A stretch of DNA of 64,000 nt, taken from the NCBI GenBank assembly GCA_052173735.1, contig JBQMYA010000001.1, forward strand, positions 28,784 through 92,783, in the 5' to 3' direction. This stretch comes from Prevotella sp. (lineage in GTDB: Bacteria; Bacteroidota; Bacteroidia; Bacteroidales; Bacteroidaceae). Positions 17,614-27,223 of the stretch are shown here, one piece after another. The notes below the pieces were generated by a model. It was not told the origin of the DNA. It worked only from the letters and a program-made list of their open reading frames with translations, and searched no databases. The position numbers and the translations under genes were made by a program. Every line of letters begins with the position of its first letter. Within the stretch, counting starts at the first letter, position 1.

Positions 17614-19062
17614 TTATTTAATTTTGTCTACCATGTTAAACATACGGCTCCAACGTATTCCTTTGAATCCATTTCTATCGGGATCAGATGAGAACCAAAT
17701 AAATATTGGCTTACCAACAACGTGGTCTTCGGGCACAAAACCCCAGTAACGAGAGTCTGCAGAGTTATGTCTATTGTCACCCATCATCCAATAATAGTCT
17801 AACTTAAAGGTGTATTTATTAGCCAATTTACCATTGATATAAATCTTTCCGTTGGTTACTTTCAAGTCGTTTCCTTCATAAACACGAATCGGACGCTCGT
17901 ATATTGCGATGTTATTGATATTCAATTCAACGCTAGAACCTTTCTTTGGAATCCAAATAGGACCATAGTTGTCTCGTGTCCAGCCTGTAACTGCATTCAA
18001 AGGATAAACATCTCCAGTGATAGTATCAGTGTTTAAGCGGATACTTGCAACCAAATCTTTTTGCGAAGCCAATACCTTTGCGGCCTTATAGGTAAGTGGA
18101 AGATATCCATTTGTGTTGAGAGAGGCAATATCTTCGTTAGAGATTCCGAGTTGAGTGATAAGCTCTTCGGGCAGAGTTTGCTTCAATCGCACATAATAAG
18201 TATATTGAACATTCTCTGGTTCCTTGTTAGCTTTACCATTAATATATACAATTCGGTTCTTAATTTGCAATGTTTGACCAGGCAATCCCACACATCTCTT
18301 AACGTAATTCTCACGTCTATCAGTAGGACGAGCAGTGATATCACCATATTCTGAAGGGTGATTTGCAATGTAATTGCGACCCATTGCATATAGTTCCTTA
18401 AAGAAATTATATTGCTGTTCGGTATTTAATTGGTTGATATCAACAGGGTTTGGAGCTGTTTGATCATAGATTTGCTTACCCAAACTATACACTTGTTGAT
18501 AGTAATCTGCCGCTTGCCAGCGTGAATCATTCATGATTGTGTCGCCCGCAGGAAAGTTAAATACAACGATATCGTTGAGCTTTACGTTTCCAAGACCATC
18601 GACACGACGATAGTCCCAATGTGGAACATCGATGTAACTCTTGCACCCAAACAAAGGAAGGGTGTGCTGAGTGAGTGGCATAGTTAATGGAGTTTGAGGA
18701 ATTCGAGGTCCATAACTCAACTTACTTACAAAGAGATAGTCGCCTGTTAGCAATGACTTTTCGAGCGAAGACGATGGAATGACATAGTTTTGGAAGAAAA
18801 ATTGATTGATGAAATACACCGCAACGAGTGCAAATACCAATGCATCTACCCAGCTCATAACGAACCTTACGGGTGCTTCTGCATCCTTCCACCACTGCCA
18901 ACGAATCTTTTTTGAGATGTAAGCATCATAGATAAAGGGCACAATAATGAGTCCTAACCAACTTTTAACCCAATATAAAAAGGTCAAATAAAGTAGTGTA
19001 ACGACAATAAACTTAGTCCATTGTACCTTCATATTCAATTTTCTATCTTCTCTTCTAATCAT
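17614..19062 (-). CDS. lepB: Signal peptidase I
   Basis: 482 aa. IPSSSLEKSLLTGDYLFVSK (Ser box), YVKRCVGLPGQ (Lys box), GDNRHNSADSRYWGFVP (box E). The start could instead be the Met at 19032. Confidence 0.92.
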   Translation of the reverse strand: MIRREDRKLNMKVQWTKFIVVTLLYLTFLYWVKSWLGLIIVPFIYDAYISKKIRWQWWKDAEAPVRFVMSWVDALVFALVAVYFINQFFFQNYVIPSSSLEKSLLTGDYLFVSKLSYGPRIPQTPLTMPLTQHTLPLFGCKSYIDVPHWDYRRVDGLGNVKLNDIVVFNFPAGDTIMNDSRWQAADYYQQVYSLGKQIYDQTAPNPVDINQLNTEQQYNFFKELYAMGRNYIANHPSEYGDITARPTDRRENYVKRCVGLPGQTLQIKNRIVYINGKANKEPENVQYTYYVRLKQTLPEELITQLGISNEDIASLNTNGYLPLTYKAAKVLASQKDLVASIRLNTDTITGDVYPLNAVTGWTRDNYGPIWIPKKGSSVELNINNIAIYERPIRVYEGNDLKVTNGKIYINGKLANKYTFKLDYYWMMGDNRHNSADSRYWGFVPEDHVVGKPIFIWFSSDPDRNGFKGIRWSRMFNMVDKIK

Positions 19063-19101
19063 AATTTCTCTTTTAATATCTTGTTGAATATGTGTTAATT
19101 T

Positions 19102-19857
19102 CTAAAAATTAAAAAGGTTGTCGATGCCCAATAAGCCCGTATTTTGTTGAGTATATTCGGCAGCAAGCACCGCTCCGAGTGCGAATCCTTTGCGAGAATG
19201 AGCACTGTGAGTGATGGTAATCGAATCTTCTTCGCTATCATAAGCAATGGTGTGTGTACCATTTTCTTCGCCTAAACGAATACTATCGATGGGCAAATCG
19301 CTTGTTGTGAAGGTGCAATCAGGCTCTGTTACACCCTCTTCGGTGATCAACAAGCCCTTTTTCCATTGCTTTTTACGATCTAATTGCTTCACCATTTCGT
19401 TGGCAAGAGTGATGGCTGTGCCCGAAGGAGCATCTTTTTTATGAACGTGATGTGTTTCTTCTATCACGCAATCGTATTGTGGAAAGCCGTTCATTAGTTG
19501 TGCTAAACGTTTGTTAAGGGCTGCAAATATTGCCACACCAACCGAGAAATTAGATGCCCAAAACAAGGTTTTACCTTCGTTTTTGCATAGAGTTGCCAAT
19601 TCATCTCTATGTTCTTCGAACCAACCAGTACTTCCCGACACCACTTTTACATTGTGTTCGAATGCCTTTCTCACATTATTATAGGCTGTAGAGGGCGATG
19701 TAAACTCTATTGCAACATCTGCTTTGGCAAATGCTTCGCTATCAAAATCGTTTTGATTGTCGACATCTATCTTGCAAACTACTTGATGTCCACGTTGCAG
19801 AGCCACATCTTCTATCATGTGTCCCATCTTTCCATACCCAATTAATGCTATGTTCAT
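19102..19857 (-). CDS. dapB: 4-hydroxy-tetrahydrodipicolinate reductase
   Basis: 251 aa. N-terminal Rossmann MNIALIGYGKMG and the E-THH-K-DAPSGTA motif (IEETHHVHKKDAPSGTA). Confidence 0.93.
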   Translation of the reverse strand: MNIALIGYGKMGHMIEDVALQRGHQVVCKIDVDNQNDFDSEAFAKADVAIEFTSPSTAYNNVRKAFEHNVKVVSGSTGWFEEHRDELATLCKNEGKTLFWASNFSVGVAIFAALNKRLAQLMNGFPQYDCVIEETHHVHKKDAPSGTAITLANEMVKQLDRKKQWKKGLLITEEGVTEPDCTFTTSDLPIDSIRLGEENGTHTIAYDSEEDSITITHSAHSRKGFALGAVLAAEYTQQNTGLLGIDNLFNF

Positions 19858-19929
19858 ATTTGTTGATTTCTTTGTTTTTATTTTTCGTTATTATTGCGCT
19901 CTTTTATTAAGATGATTGACAGAGCGTTA

Positions 19930-20017
19930 CAAAAGCATTGTTATTAGATGATAATAACATTGATTTTATACTGCAATCTCAATGCTTTTGCACTGCAATA
20001 TCTATGCTTTTGTTTTT
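19930..20017. repeat. 22-bp tandem unit block E (4 units, 88 bp)
   Basis: caaaagcattgttattagatga / taataacattgattttatactg / caatctcaatgcttttgcactg / caatatctatgcttttgttttt. Confidence 0.9.
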
Positions 20018-20077
20018 GACCTATATTGCTATGGTCTAAACATCTCAACACCATTGTTTTACATGTGTGATGTTATT

Positions 20078-21703
20078 TTAGCGTCCGAGCCATGCTTCAG
20101 GATTCAATTTAGCTGTTTCTCGACGTAGTTGGAACTGCAAAATATTATCTGAACCCACAGCTCCGAGCGTTTGACGAGTAGACACTTTCTGTCCTTTCGA
20201 TACGTTTACTGAACGCAAGTTACAATAAACTGAAATGTAAGCACCATGTCGAACCATCACAACCATTGAGCCACTGAATCCAAACACTGCACTCACTTCA
20301 CCATCATAGATGGCTCTTGCTTGACAACCTGCATTGCCTAAGATGTTTATTCCCTTATTATCTAGGGTTACATTCTTTAGTCCTTCTACATTATATTGAC
20401 CAAAACGACTCACAATTTTGTAGCTACCTGTGATAGGAATAGGTAGTCTTCCCTTGTTAGCTTCAAAGCCTCCGCTCAACATTCTGTCTACACTATTCAT
20501 GCGTTGGGCATCTTCTACGCTCTTTTTTGCATTCGAAATGTCTCGTTGATTGCGCTCTTCTTCTGCCTGAGCTTTACGTTCTGTGGCAACACGAGCAGCC
20601 TCTGCTTCACGTGCAAGTTGCTCTGCTTGCTTGCGTTTTGCCATATCTTCGGCTCTTTCTGCAGCTTTTGCTTCAGCTTTTAAGTGCTCTTCTCGAGCCT
20701 TTGCCTCGGCAATTCGTTTTGCATTCTCACGTGCAACAGCTTCTGCAGCTGCCTTTTTTCGAGCCAATTCTTCAGCCTTTCGCTTTGCTTCGGCAGCCGC
20801 TTCGGCACGTCGTTTGGTCTCTTCTGCAGCACGAGCACGGGCTTTTGCCACTTCTTCTGCAATGAGAGCATCTATCTTTTTATTGAGTTCTACGTCTTTT
20901 TTACGTTGCTCTGCAATGACGCTTTGAATGGTTTTTTGTTGCTGTTGCAATGAGGCTACCACTTTCTTTTGCTCTCCTTGCTGTCCTTCTAACGCCTTTT
21001 TTTCTTGTTTTCCCTTATAAAGTAGGGTATTTTTTTGTCCTTTCACGACATTCAACTGCTGATTTTTCTCGCCAATTTGCTGTTGTTTCAGCTTGATAAT
21101 GTCGCCTTGTGCCTTTTGATAGGCTGCATATTCTTTCACAAAACGCATTCTTCTGTAGAGCTGTGTCAAGCTTTCGGCACTGAAAATAAACATCATATTC
21201 TCTTGAATGTTATGATGTTTGGCAGAATATCGTAGCGATTTGATATACTTTTCTTTATGTTGATTGAGCTGACTCTGTAGGTTTTGGAGCTGAACTGTTA
21301 AGATTCCAATGTTATTATCAATACCATGAATATCTTGTTGTATGCCTTCTATGTTCTTTTGGCGTTCGTCTATCTGTGTATTAAGCACTAAAAGGTCTTG
21401 CAATCTCTTCTTTACATCGGCTTGATTGGCACGTAATGCTTTCTCTTGTTGCCTTATTTTTTGTTGAATTTGATTGCGTTCTGCCTGCAATCCCTTAATG
21501 GCTGGGGTTGAATAGCTAGCTGCATTGCCTTTAGATGTCGTTCTCTTTGCAGCAGAGTGTTTAGGTGTTACAGTACGTTTCTTATTGTTTGTGATCACTT
21601 TTGGGGTGGTTGTATGACGTGAATTGGTTGCTTTTCGACGTGTTTGCGCCGATAAACTCATTGTAAATACAACCAGAAGAAGTGCTAAGAGTTGTTTTTT
21701 CAT
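20078..21703 (-). CDS. EnvC-like coiled-coil protein with degenerate C-terminal M23/LytM domain (putative murein hydrolase activator)
   Basis: 541 aa. Signal peptide, long Q/K/E/A/R coiled coil, C-terminal LytM fold. The zinc-ligand positions read NKGINI and LQFQLR instead of H-x-x-x-D and H-x-H. Confidence 0.8.
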   Translation of the reverse strand: MKKQLLALLLVVFTMSLSAQTRRKATNSRHTTTPKVITNNKKRTVTPKHSAAKRTTSKGNAASYSTPAIKGLQAERNQIQQKIRQQEKALRANQADVKKRLQDLLVLNTQIDERQKNIEGIQQDIHGIDNNIGILTVQLQNLQSQLNQHKEKYIKSLRYSAKHHNIQENMMFIFSAESLTQLYRRMRFVKEYAAYQKAQGDIIKLKQQQIGEKNQQLNVVKGQKNTLLYKGKQEKKALEGQQGEQKKVVASLQQQQKTIQSVIAEQRKKDVELNKKIDALIAEEVAKARARAAEETKRRAEAAAEAKRKAEELARKKAAAEAVARENAKRIAEAKAREEHLKAEAKAAERAEDMAKRKQAEQLAREAEAARVATERKAQAEEERNQRDISNAKKSVEDAQRMNSVDRMLSGGFEANKGRLPIPITGSYKIVSRFGQYNVEGLKNVTLDNKGINILGNAGCQARAIYDGEVSAVFGFSGSMVVMVRHGAYISVYCNLRSVNVSKGQKVSTRQTLGAVGSDNILQFQLRRETAKLNPEAWLGR

Positions 21704-21830
21704 TTTTAATTTATAATGTCTTTACATTATTATATCTAAAGAAGAAGCGTCTAAAAGAGGGCTTTTGCGCTCTATTCGACGTGACTTTGACCTCTTGTTG
21801 CAATGGACTTGCCTTGCAAGTGATGCCGTT

Positions 21831-22808
21831 TTAGAAGCCTGCCGACATGATTTTACCTAACACATCTTGTGCTTCTATCTTTTTATATCTATCTGATAGG
21901 GTTGTTCTTTCTTCCCAATCGCTGTCGGTTTTTACTTCATTCATTGATATTTTGATGGTTGCCTGCTTTTGTTTTTGCATGGCATTGGTGCTTAACTGGA
22001 ATTCTTGTTCAGCTGGAAACGACTTTACTCCCACGCTTTTAAAGTTGTTATATTTCCATGTTAGCAATGATGTTCCGTGGTCGGCACTATTGTATTGCAC
22101 TGCAACATCACTTATTCTGCCATCTGTTTTGTCGGCTTTCCACTCGTATTTGAACTTGTCTTTCGAGAAAGTAATGATGTTTTGAGATGCGTTATCGGTT
22201 GCTAATTTCACGTCATATTTCTTTAAGTCGCTTTCTGTTACATTGTTTTGACCTGGCAAAAGCAATTGGTTCCAGAACAAAGACTGCAGACTATAAAAAT
22301 TCAATCCATTGGTTTTAAGGAAGTCTATCTGTGAGTAATCGCCCTTAATGTATTCTTTATGCAAGCGATCTACAACGAGAACGTATTCGGGCGTGAACTC
22401 TAATCGACCCACTTCGGTACCTAATAGAGGAATAAATAGTTGCAAACGAATAACCTTATTCTTGCGCATTTTGATTGAACCAGGTAGGTTTATAGACTTA
22501 TTTCCTGCGTTTAATGAGAACGACATCGACCCAGTTATATTGTCGTTAAACACCTTTGTGTCGGCAACTTTTTGTATAAAGGCAAGTTTTAGCAATGCTT
22601 CGCTGTTTTCTTTCTTTGCTACTTGAGGTGCTGTTGTGGTGTTGTTCACGGCAACCACCTTGCTATTGTCTTTCACAAGCTGCTTTTTTGCGCCACAAGC
22701 ACTAAGCAACAACACCGCAGAAAGCATCGTAATTGCTTTCAATTGCAGTTGTTTGTATTGTTGATTGTTTATTCCTTTCATACGAATCATCTTCCTTTGT
22801 ATCTTCAC
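21831..22808 (-). CDS. Lipoprotein (DUF4292/LolB-like by neighbourhood and recollection)
   Basis: 325-aa ORF with lipobox LLLSACG. Sits in the dut-TPR-lipoprotein-M23 order that I recall as conserved in Bacteroidales. The exact start is uncertain (several Met codons between 22808 and 22727). Confidence 0.6.
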   Translation of the reverse strand: MKIQRKMIRMKGINNQQYKQLQLKAITMLSAVLLLSACGAKKQLVKDNSKVVAVNNTTTAPQVAKKENSEALLKLAFIQKVADTKVFNDNITGSMSFSLNAGNKSINLPGSIKMRKNKVIRLQLFIPLLGTEVGRLEFTPEYVLVVDRLHKEYIKGDYSQIDFLKTNGLNFYSLQSLFWNQLLLPGQNNVTESDLKKYDVKLATDNASQNIITFSKDKFKYEWKADKTDGRISDVAVQYNSADHGTSLLTWKYNNFKSVGVKSFPAEQEFQLSTNAMQKQKQATIKISMNEVKTDSDWEERTTLSDRYKKIEAQDVLGKIMSAGF

Positions 22809-22876
22809 TTCATTGGTTTTTAAAATTTAATCGCATTTCTTTCATTGGTAATCTCCATGTAAAAATGCCATCAATA

Positions 22877-24652
22877 TTATTCTTTTATATATTGCTTTTG
22901 TTTGATTTTTTGCTTAAGTAGCTTGTTATTGCCATCTTTTGCCAATGCCTTTTCCCAATATTGAAGGGCTTTTTGCACATCATTAGCCATAAAAGAGATG
23001 TCTCCAGCATGCTCTAATACTACCGCACTAATACTCTCTTGTGAGTCGTTTGCTACGGCTTTTTCGATATATTCCAATGCTTCTGGATAGCGTTTCTGCA
23101 TAAATAAGATCCAAGCATAGGTGTCTAAGTAAGTCGAATTCTTTGGTTCTGCCATCACAGTCTTTAGACTCATCGATGCAGCTTTATCCAAATCTTGACC
23201 CTTTTCGCTTAAGAAATAAGCATAATTGTTCAATGTATTGATGTGATTAGGGTTCCATTCAAGACACTTTTCGTATGCTTCGAACGCCTTGTCTCTATTC
23301 TCTTGCTTTTCATAGAGGTCGCCAATGATAGAATAGAAGTCTGCAACTACCTTTGGTTCGCTTTCGTTATTCACTTGTTCTACAGCCTTTAAAAGCGTTT
23401 GAAGTGCCTCTTTCGACTGGTCTTTCTGTATGTATGATAAGCCAAGAAAATAATAAAAAGCTAAGAAACTAGGTGATTTCTCTACCCCTTCTTTTGATAA
23501 TTGTATCACATCATCCCACTTTTGATGCTCCCAAGCATCTTTAATCAGTTCAAAACGCACGTTGTCTCTACCAGGACTAAGCGTTAATATACGAGCTAAA
23601 AGGACATTGATACTGTCTTGAGGCATTCGTTTTACAATCATATAACCTACCTTTAGCTCCATCACTTGAACGTCTTTAGGATTAACGGCTATCATTTTAT
23701 CAAGCAAGTTCAGCATCACTGTGCTGTCTACTTTATTATTTTCGCTTTCAAGAAGAAGGCGTTTAAAGATACTTTCTTTGGTTTGATAAGGCGTGTGAGC
23801 ATTTAAAAGAATGTTATTTTGCACCTCTTGCGCCTTAATAGCATTGTTTGTTGCCACATAATAATCGTAAACCGATTCTAACACACCAGGATCTTGGGGA
23901 TGACTCTTTAACAATTTCGAGAAAATAACAAATGCTTCTTTCTTTCGATCTTTGTTCATCAACCAATTGGCAAGCATCAATTGATTGTCGATATTATGTT
24001 TATTCTCGTCAGCATATTGCTTTAACACGTTATAAGCCTCTTTCTTTTTGCCCTGCATCTCATACACCTGAACCTTTGCAAGCATGTATTCTTCACTCTT
24101 TCCGCTTATATTTTCGAGTTCAGTTAAGATGCGCAACACATCATCATATCGTTCTTTTTGACGATACATATAGAGCAATAGGTTGAGTGTTTGCGTATTA
24201 GCTTTCTCGTTTTTCACCATTTCTTCGTATAAAGGAATGGCTTTATCGAATTTTTGTTGCTTGAGATAGCAATAACCCAACAAGTCTTTATAATCACGAT
24301 TATTAGGATTTAGCTCTGCTGCCTTGGCGCAATCGATGAGTGCAAGACTATCTTTTCCGCTCTCTGCGTTGATTCTTGCACGATAAAAAAGAACGTTTTC
24401 GTTTTTTCTATCCAACTCTATTGCCTTGCTAAGTGCCACAAGTGCCGAGTCGTCTTGTGCTTTAAGATGATATCGAACGGCATCAAGAAAGTAGAAATTA
24501 CTATTCTTTTCGCTTTCTGTCAATAGCGAATTAGGGTCTACAGCCTCACTCTTTAAAGTCTTTTTATCTTGCGCATACGTTTCAATAGCACAAGTTGCTA
24601 AAAGCACTACCAATGCAATAAGAGTTTTTAAGCCAGTGTTTTTCTTTTTCAT
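22877..24652 (-). CDS. Tetratricopeptide (TPR) repeat protein, secreted
   Basis: 591 aa. Signal peptide, then many TPR-like A-x-x-x-Y/F-x-x-A-L/I-x-x-x-P repeats (e.g. AIPLYEEMVKNEKAN, ALQYWEKALAKDGNN). Confidence 0.85.
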   Translation of the reverse strand: MKKKNTGLKTLIALVVLLATCAIETYAQDKKTLKSEAVDPNSLLTESEKNSNFYFLDAVRYHLKAQDDSALVALSKAIELDRKNENVLFYRARINAESGKDSLALIDCAKAAELNPNNRDYKDLLGYCYLKQQKFDKAIPLYEEMVKNEKANTQTLNLLLYMYRQKERYDDVLRILTELENISGKSEEYMLAKVQVYEMQGKKKEAYNVLKQYADENKHNIDNQLMLANWLMNKDRKKEAFVIFSKLLKSHPQDPGVLESVYDYYVATNNAIKAQEVQNNILLNAHTPYQTKESIFKRLLLESENNKVDSTVMLNLLDKMIAVNPKDVQVMELKVGYMIVKRMPQDSINVLLARILTLSPGRDNVRFELIKDAWEHQKWDDVIQLSKEGVEKSPSFLAFYYFLGLSYIQKDQSKEALQTLLKAVEQVNNESEPKVVADFYSIIGDLYEKQENRDKAFEAYEKCLEWNPNHINTLNNYAYFLSEKGQDLDKAASMSLKTVMAEPKNSTYLDTYAWILFMQKRYPEALEYIEKAVANDSQESISAVVLEHAGDISFMANDVQKALQYWEKALAKDGNNKLLKQKIKQKQYIKE

Positions 24653-24723
24653 TTCTCGCTATTTCTTTCGTTTTTAATCGTTCGTTATGTTTAAATACGT
24701 TGTTAGTGATGTTTTCAAAGCAA

Positions 24724-25164
24724 CTATTTCACACCTGTATGTCCATATCCTCCGCAACCACGTTCGGTGCTATCAAGTTCTTCAACCAGCGTAAATTCGG
24801 CAGTGCAGTGTTGTGCAATTACCATTTGAGCAATGCGTTCGCCATCGTTAATCACAAATTCTTCATTCGAAAAGTTCACCAACAGCACCATCAACTCGCC
24901 TCTATAATCGGCATCAATGGTTCCAGGTGTGTTTAAAACAGTTATTCCATGCTTTAAAGCTAAGCCACTTCTTGGGCGCACTTGCGCCTCAACTCCTGCT
25001 GGAAGTGCCATAAATAAGCCCGTAGGAACAAGGGTCCTTTCGAGCGGACGCAACACAATGGGTTCGCTGATGTTGGCTCTTAGGTCCATTCCTGCACTTA
25101 GTTCGGTGGCATATTGTGGAAGAGCATGCTTACTTTTGTTGATGATTTGTATTTCTGTTGCCAT
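24724..25164 (-). CDS. dut: dUTP diphosphatase
   Basis: 146 aa. [28 protein letters not shown] and GERIAQ motifs of trimeric dUTPases. Confidence 0.95.
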   Translation of the reverse strand: MATEIQIINKSKHALPQYATELSAGMDLRANISEPIVLRPLERTLVPTGLFMALPAGVEAQVRPRSGLALKHGITVLNTPGTIDADYRGELMVLLVNFSNEEFVINDGERIAQMVIAQHCTAEFTLVEELDSTERGCGGYGHTGVK

Positions 25165-25572
25165 ATTTCCAGAGTTTATAACCTCTCAAAAAAGGTTGTT
25201 TTTAGTTCGATGTTGACGACGGCTTTTATAAATATAAAAGACCAACAACACGTGTATTAATTGCAAAAATAACGAATATTCTGCAATAAGGAGGTGTGTT
25301 TTGTTATAAAATACTACAAAGAAGTGACAAAAGAAGATAAACAACAAGACTGCCCCAAATGTACAAATTAAAATGTTTTAATACTTATCTTCGGATAAAT
25401 TGTTAACATATCACAAACAGGCAGAGCAAAAAGAGTGTAAATTTTCGATTTTATTCAAGACACGCCCTCTGCCTTTTTATTAAAAAAAAGAGAAACAATA
25501 GAAATGTCTTTTCAGAAAAATTGCAAGGCGATATCGATACAAGAAAAAAGAGAAAAGCGACGAAAAACAATG

Positions 25573-25660
25573 CAAAATGATTGCTTTTTGTGTGCAATAG
25601 CATTGCTTTTACACAACAATACCAATGCTTTCACCTTGCAATAATACTGCTTTTTCTTTT
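25573..25660. repeat. 22-bp tandem unit block F (4 units, 88 bp; a weak fifth unit may lie at 25551-25572)
   Basis: caaaatgattgctttttgtgtg / caatagcattgcttttacacaa / caataccaatgctttcaccttg / caataatactgctttttctttt. Confidence 0.85.
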
Positions 25661-25815
25661 TCAAATACATCCCATCTAAAGGCTTTATTTATCAACAATC
25701 ATGCAGAAATCACCCCAACGTCGCACAATAATCAACGCTTTTATTTTCCCATTCATCGTTCATAACACACTCACCTCTCCACTTTCTGTTCTCTATCATT
25801 CTCATTCTACATGCA

Positions 25816-25867
25816 CAAAAGCAGTGTTTTTACTTTCGTTCTCAGCCCAAACTGCTTTTACCTTCAC
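25816..25867. repeat. Partial or degenerate 22-bp unit pair (block F')
   Basis: One good unit, caaaagcagtgtttttactttc, followed by a weak one containing cccaaactgcttttacc. Lies 156 bp right of block F. Confidence 0.4.
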
Positions 25868-26075
25868 CCTCAATAAGACTATAAGAGGGGCAAAAGAAGT
25901 ACAAAACGATTTAGAATGTAAATTTATATCAACGCTCATAAAAGATAAAAGAAGTTAATAAAACTATTCGTTTATGCCCTCTTCCAATAAAAAGACGATA
26001 TCTCTGCATTACAAGATATTAAACATTGAAGACAAAGGTCTATCGAACTGCAACACGAAGGCAGAGCAAGAGGTA

Positions 26076-26122
26076 TAAAAAGAGGGCGAGAAAAGAATTG
26101 ATAATCTATTCTCTTCTCGTCC
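26076..26122 (-). terminator. Rho-independent terminator after the AraC-family gene
   Basis: Minus strand reads GGACGAGAAGAGAAT agattatca ATTCTTTTCTCGCCC TCTTTTTAT (15-bp stem with 2 mismatches). Confidence 0.5.
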
Positions 26123-26169
26123 TATCGTTATATTTTTCTGTCACAATCGAACAATAAGTAGCTTGCAAA

Positions 26170-27063
26170 CTATTCGTCGCTTTTGCCTTTTCGATACTGA
26201 CTTGGTGTCATTCCAACGTGCTCTTTAAAGAAAGTTCCTAAAAAACTCTGGTTCGGAAAGTTCATTTCTTGGGTTATTTCTTTGATACTTTTGCTCGTAT
26301 TTCGCAACAAAACACGCAACGCAATGGTTACATAATTATCTATCCATTCATTCGGTGTGCGCTTACTTACTTGCTTAACACTTTCTGAAAGATATTTAGC
26401 TGTGATGTCAAGTTTATCTGCATACCAGCTAACTCGACGCTCTCTGCGGAAATGAAGCTCTACAAGTCGAATGAATTTGTTGAATATATCTTCTGCTCTT
26501 GTGTACTTTCTGTTGCCTAAATTCTGTATTCTATAAATGGCATTACTGATGTCATAGATCATAGCAGTGAACAAAGAGCGAACGATATCCTTACGAAAAT
26601 GATGGTCGGTGTTATCGGTTTTATTCTTAATGAAGCTATAATAGCTACTAATGGTATAAACTTCGTTCGATGAAAGATTACAAACAGGATGGGTTCTAGA
26701 GAATAAAAAGAGTGAAGTTAATTCGGTAATGTCTTTCACAATGTCGTTAAAAAACTGATGAGAAAGCATAAATGCCATGCCCATACAATCACGACTGACA
26801 GTGTAATCGCTAATAATTTGCCCTTCACTGATGATGATTAGGTCGTTGGCTTTTACGTCATAGCGAATGGTATCCACTGTATATGAGGCTGAACCACGCA
26901 AACATATTGCCAAGAAAAGACAGCCCATGCGACGTGGTTGATTGCTTTTGGGCATATCGTCGATATGTTCAAGCATCACCATATCACGATCAATATGACT
27001 ACATCTGCCTTTTTCTAGAATGGTATCTACCGTGACGTTATCCAATATTACTTTCGATTTCAT
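26170..27063 (-). CDS. AraC-family transcriptional regulator
   Basis: 297 aa. N-terminal cupin-like sensor region, C-terminal double HTH (…YLSESVKQVSKRTPNEWI… …FPNQSFLGTFFKEHVGMTPSQYRK). Confidence 0.9.
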   Translation of the reverse strand: MKSKVILDNVTVDTILEKGRCSHIDRDMVMLEHIDDMPKSNQPRRMGCLFLAICLRGSASYTVDTIRYDVKANDLIIISEGQIISDYTVSRDCMGMAFMLSHQFFNDIVKDITELTSLFLFSRTHPVCNLSSNEVYTISSYYSFIKNKTDNTDHHFRKDIVRSLFTAMIYDISNAIYRIQNLGNRKYTRAEDIFNKFIRLVELHFRRERRVSWYADKLDITAKYLSESVKQVSKRTPNEWIDNYVTIALRVLLRNTSKSIKEITQEMNFPNQSFLGTFFKEHVGMTPSQYRKGKSDE

Positions 27064-27154
27064 CCTTATTATCTTTATTTCTGATATTTAATGTTGTAAG
27101 TCTTTCTTTATAAAGACTTAGTAGATATACTTCAATAGAAATACCCTTGTTTTA

Positions 27155-27162
27155 CAAATATA
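27155..27162 (-). promoter_or_regulatory. -7 box (TATATTTG on minus strand) for the AraC-family gene
   Basis: Plus strand reads CAAATATA. It lies about 92 nt upstream of the ATG at 27063. Confidence 0.4.
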
Positions 27163-27223
27163 CTAATTTAGCGTTACGAGAACGATATAAATAGCGTTTC
27201 TTTTGTTTGTTTTAACAAATAAA

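Noticed and set aside
20527-20953. Four overlapping ORFs (63-114 aa) within or antisense to the EnvC-like gene
   Set aside because: They are artefacts of the A/E/K/R-coding low-complexity coiled-coil segment. Their translations are homopolymer-like (runs of A, S, L, F).
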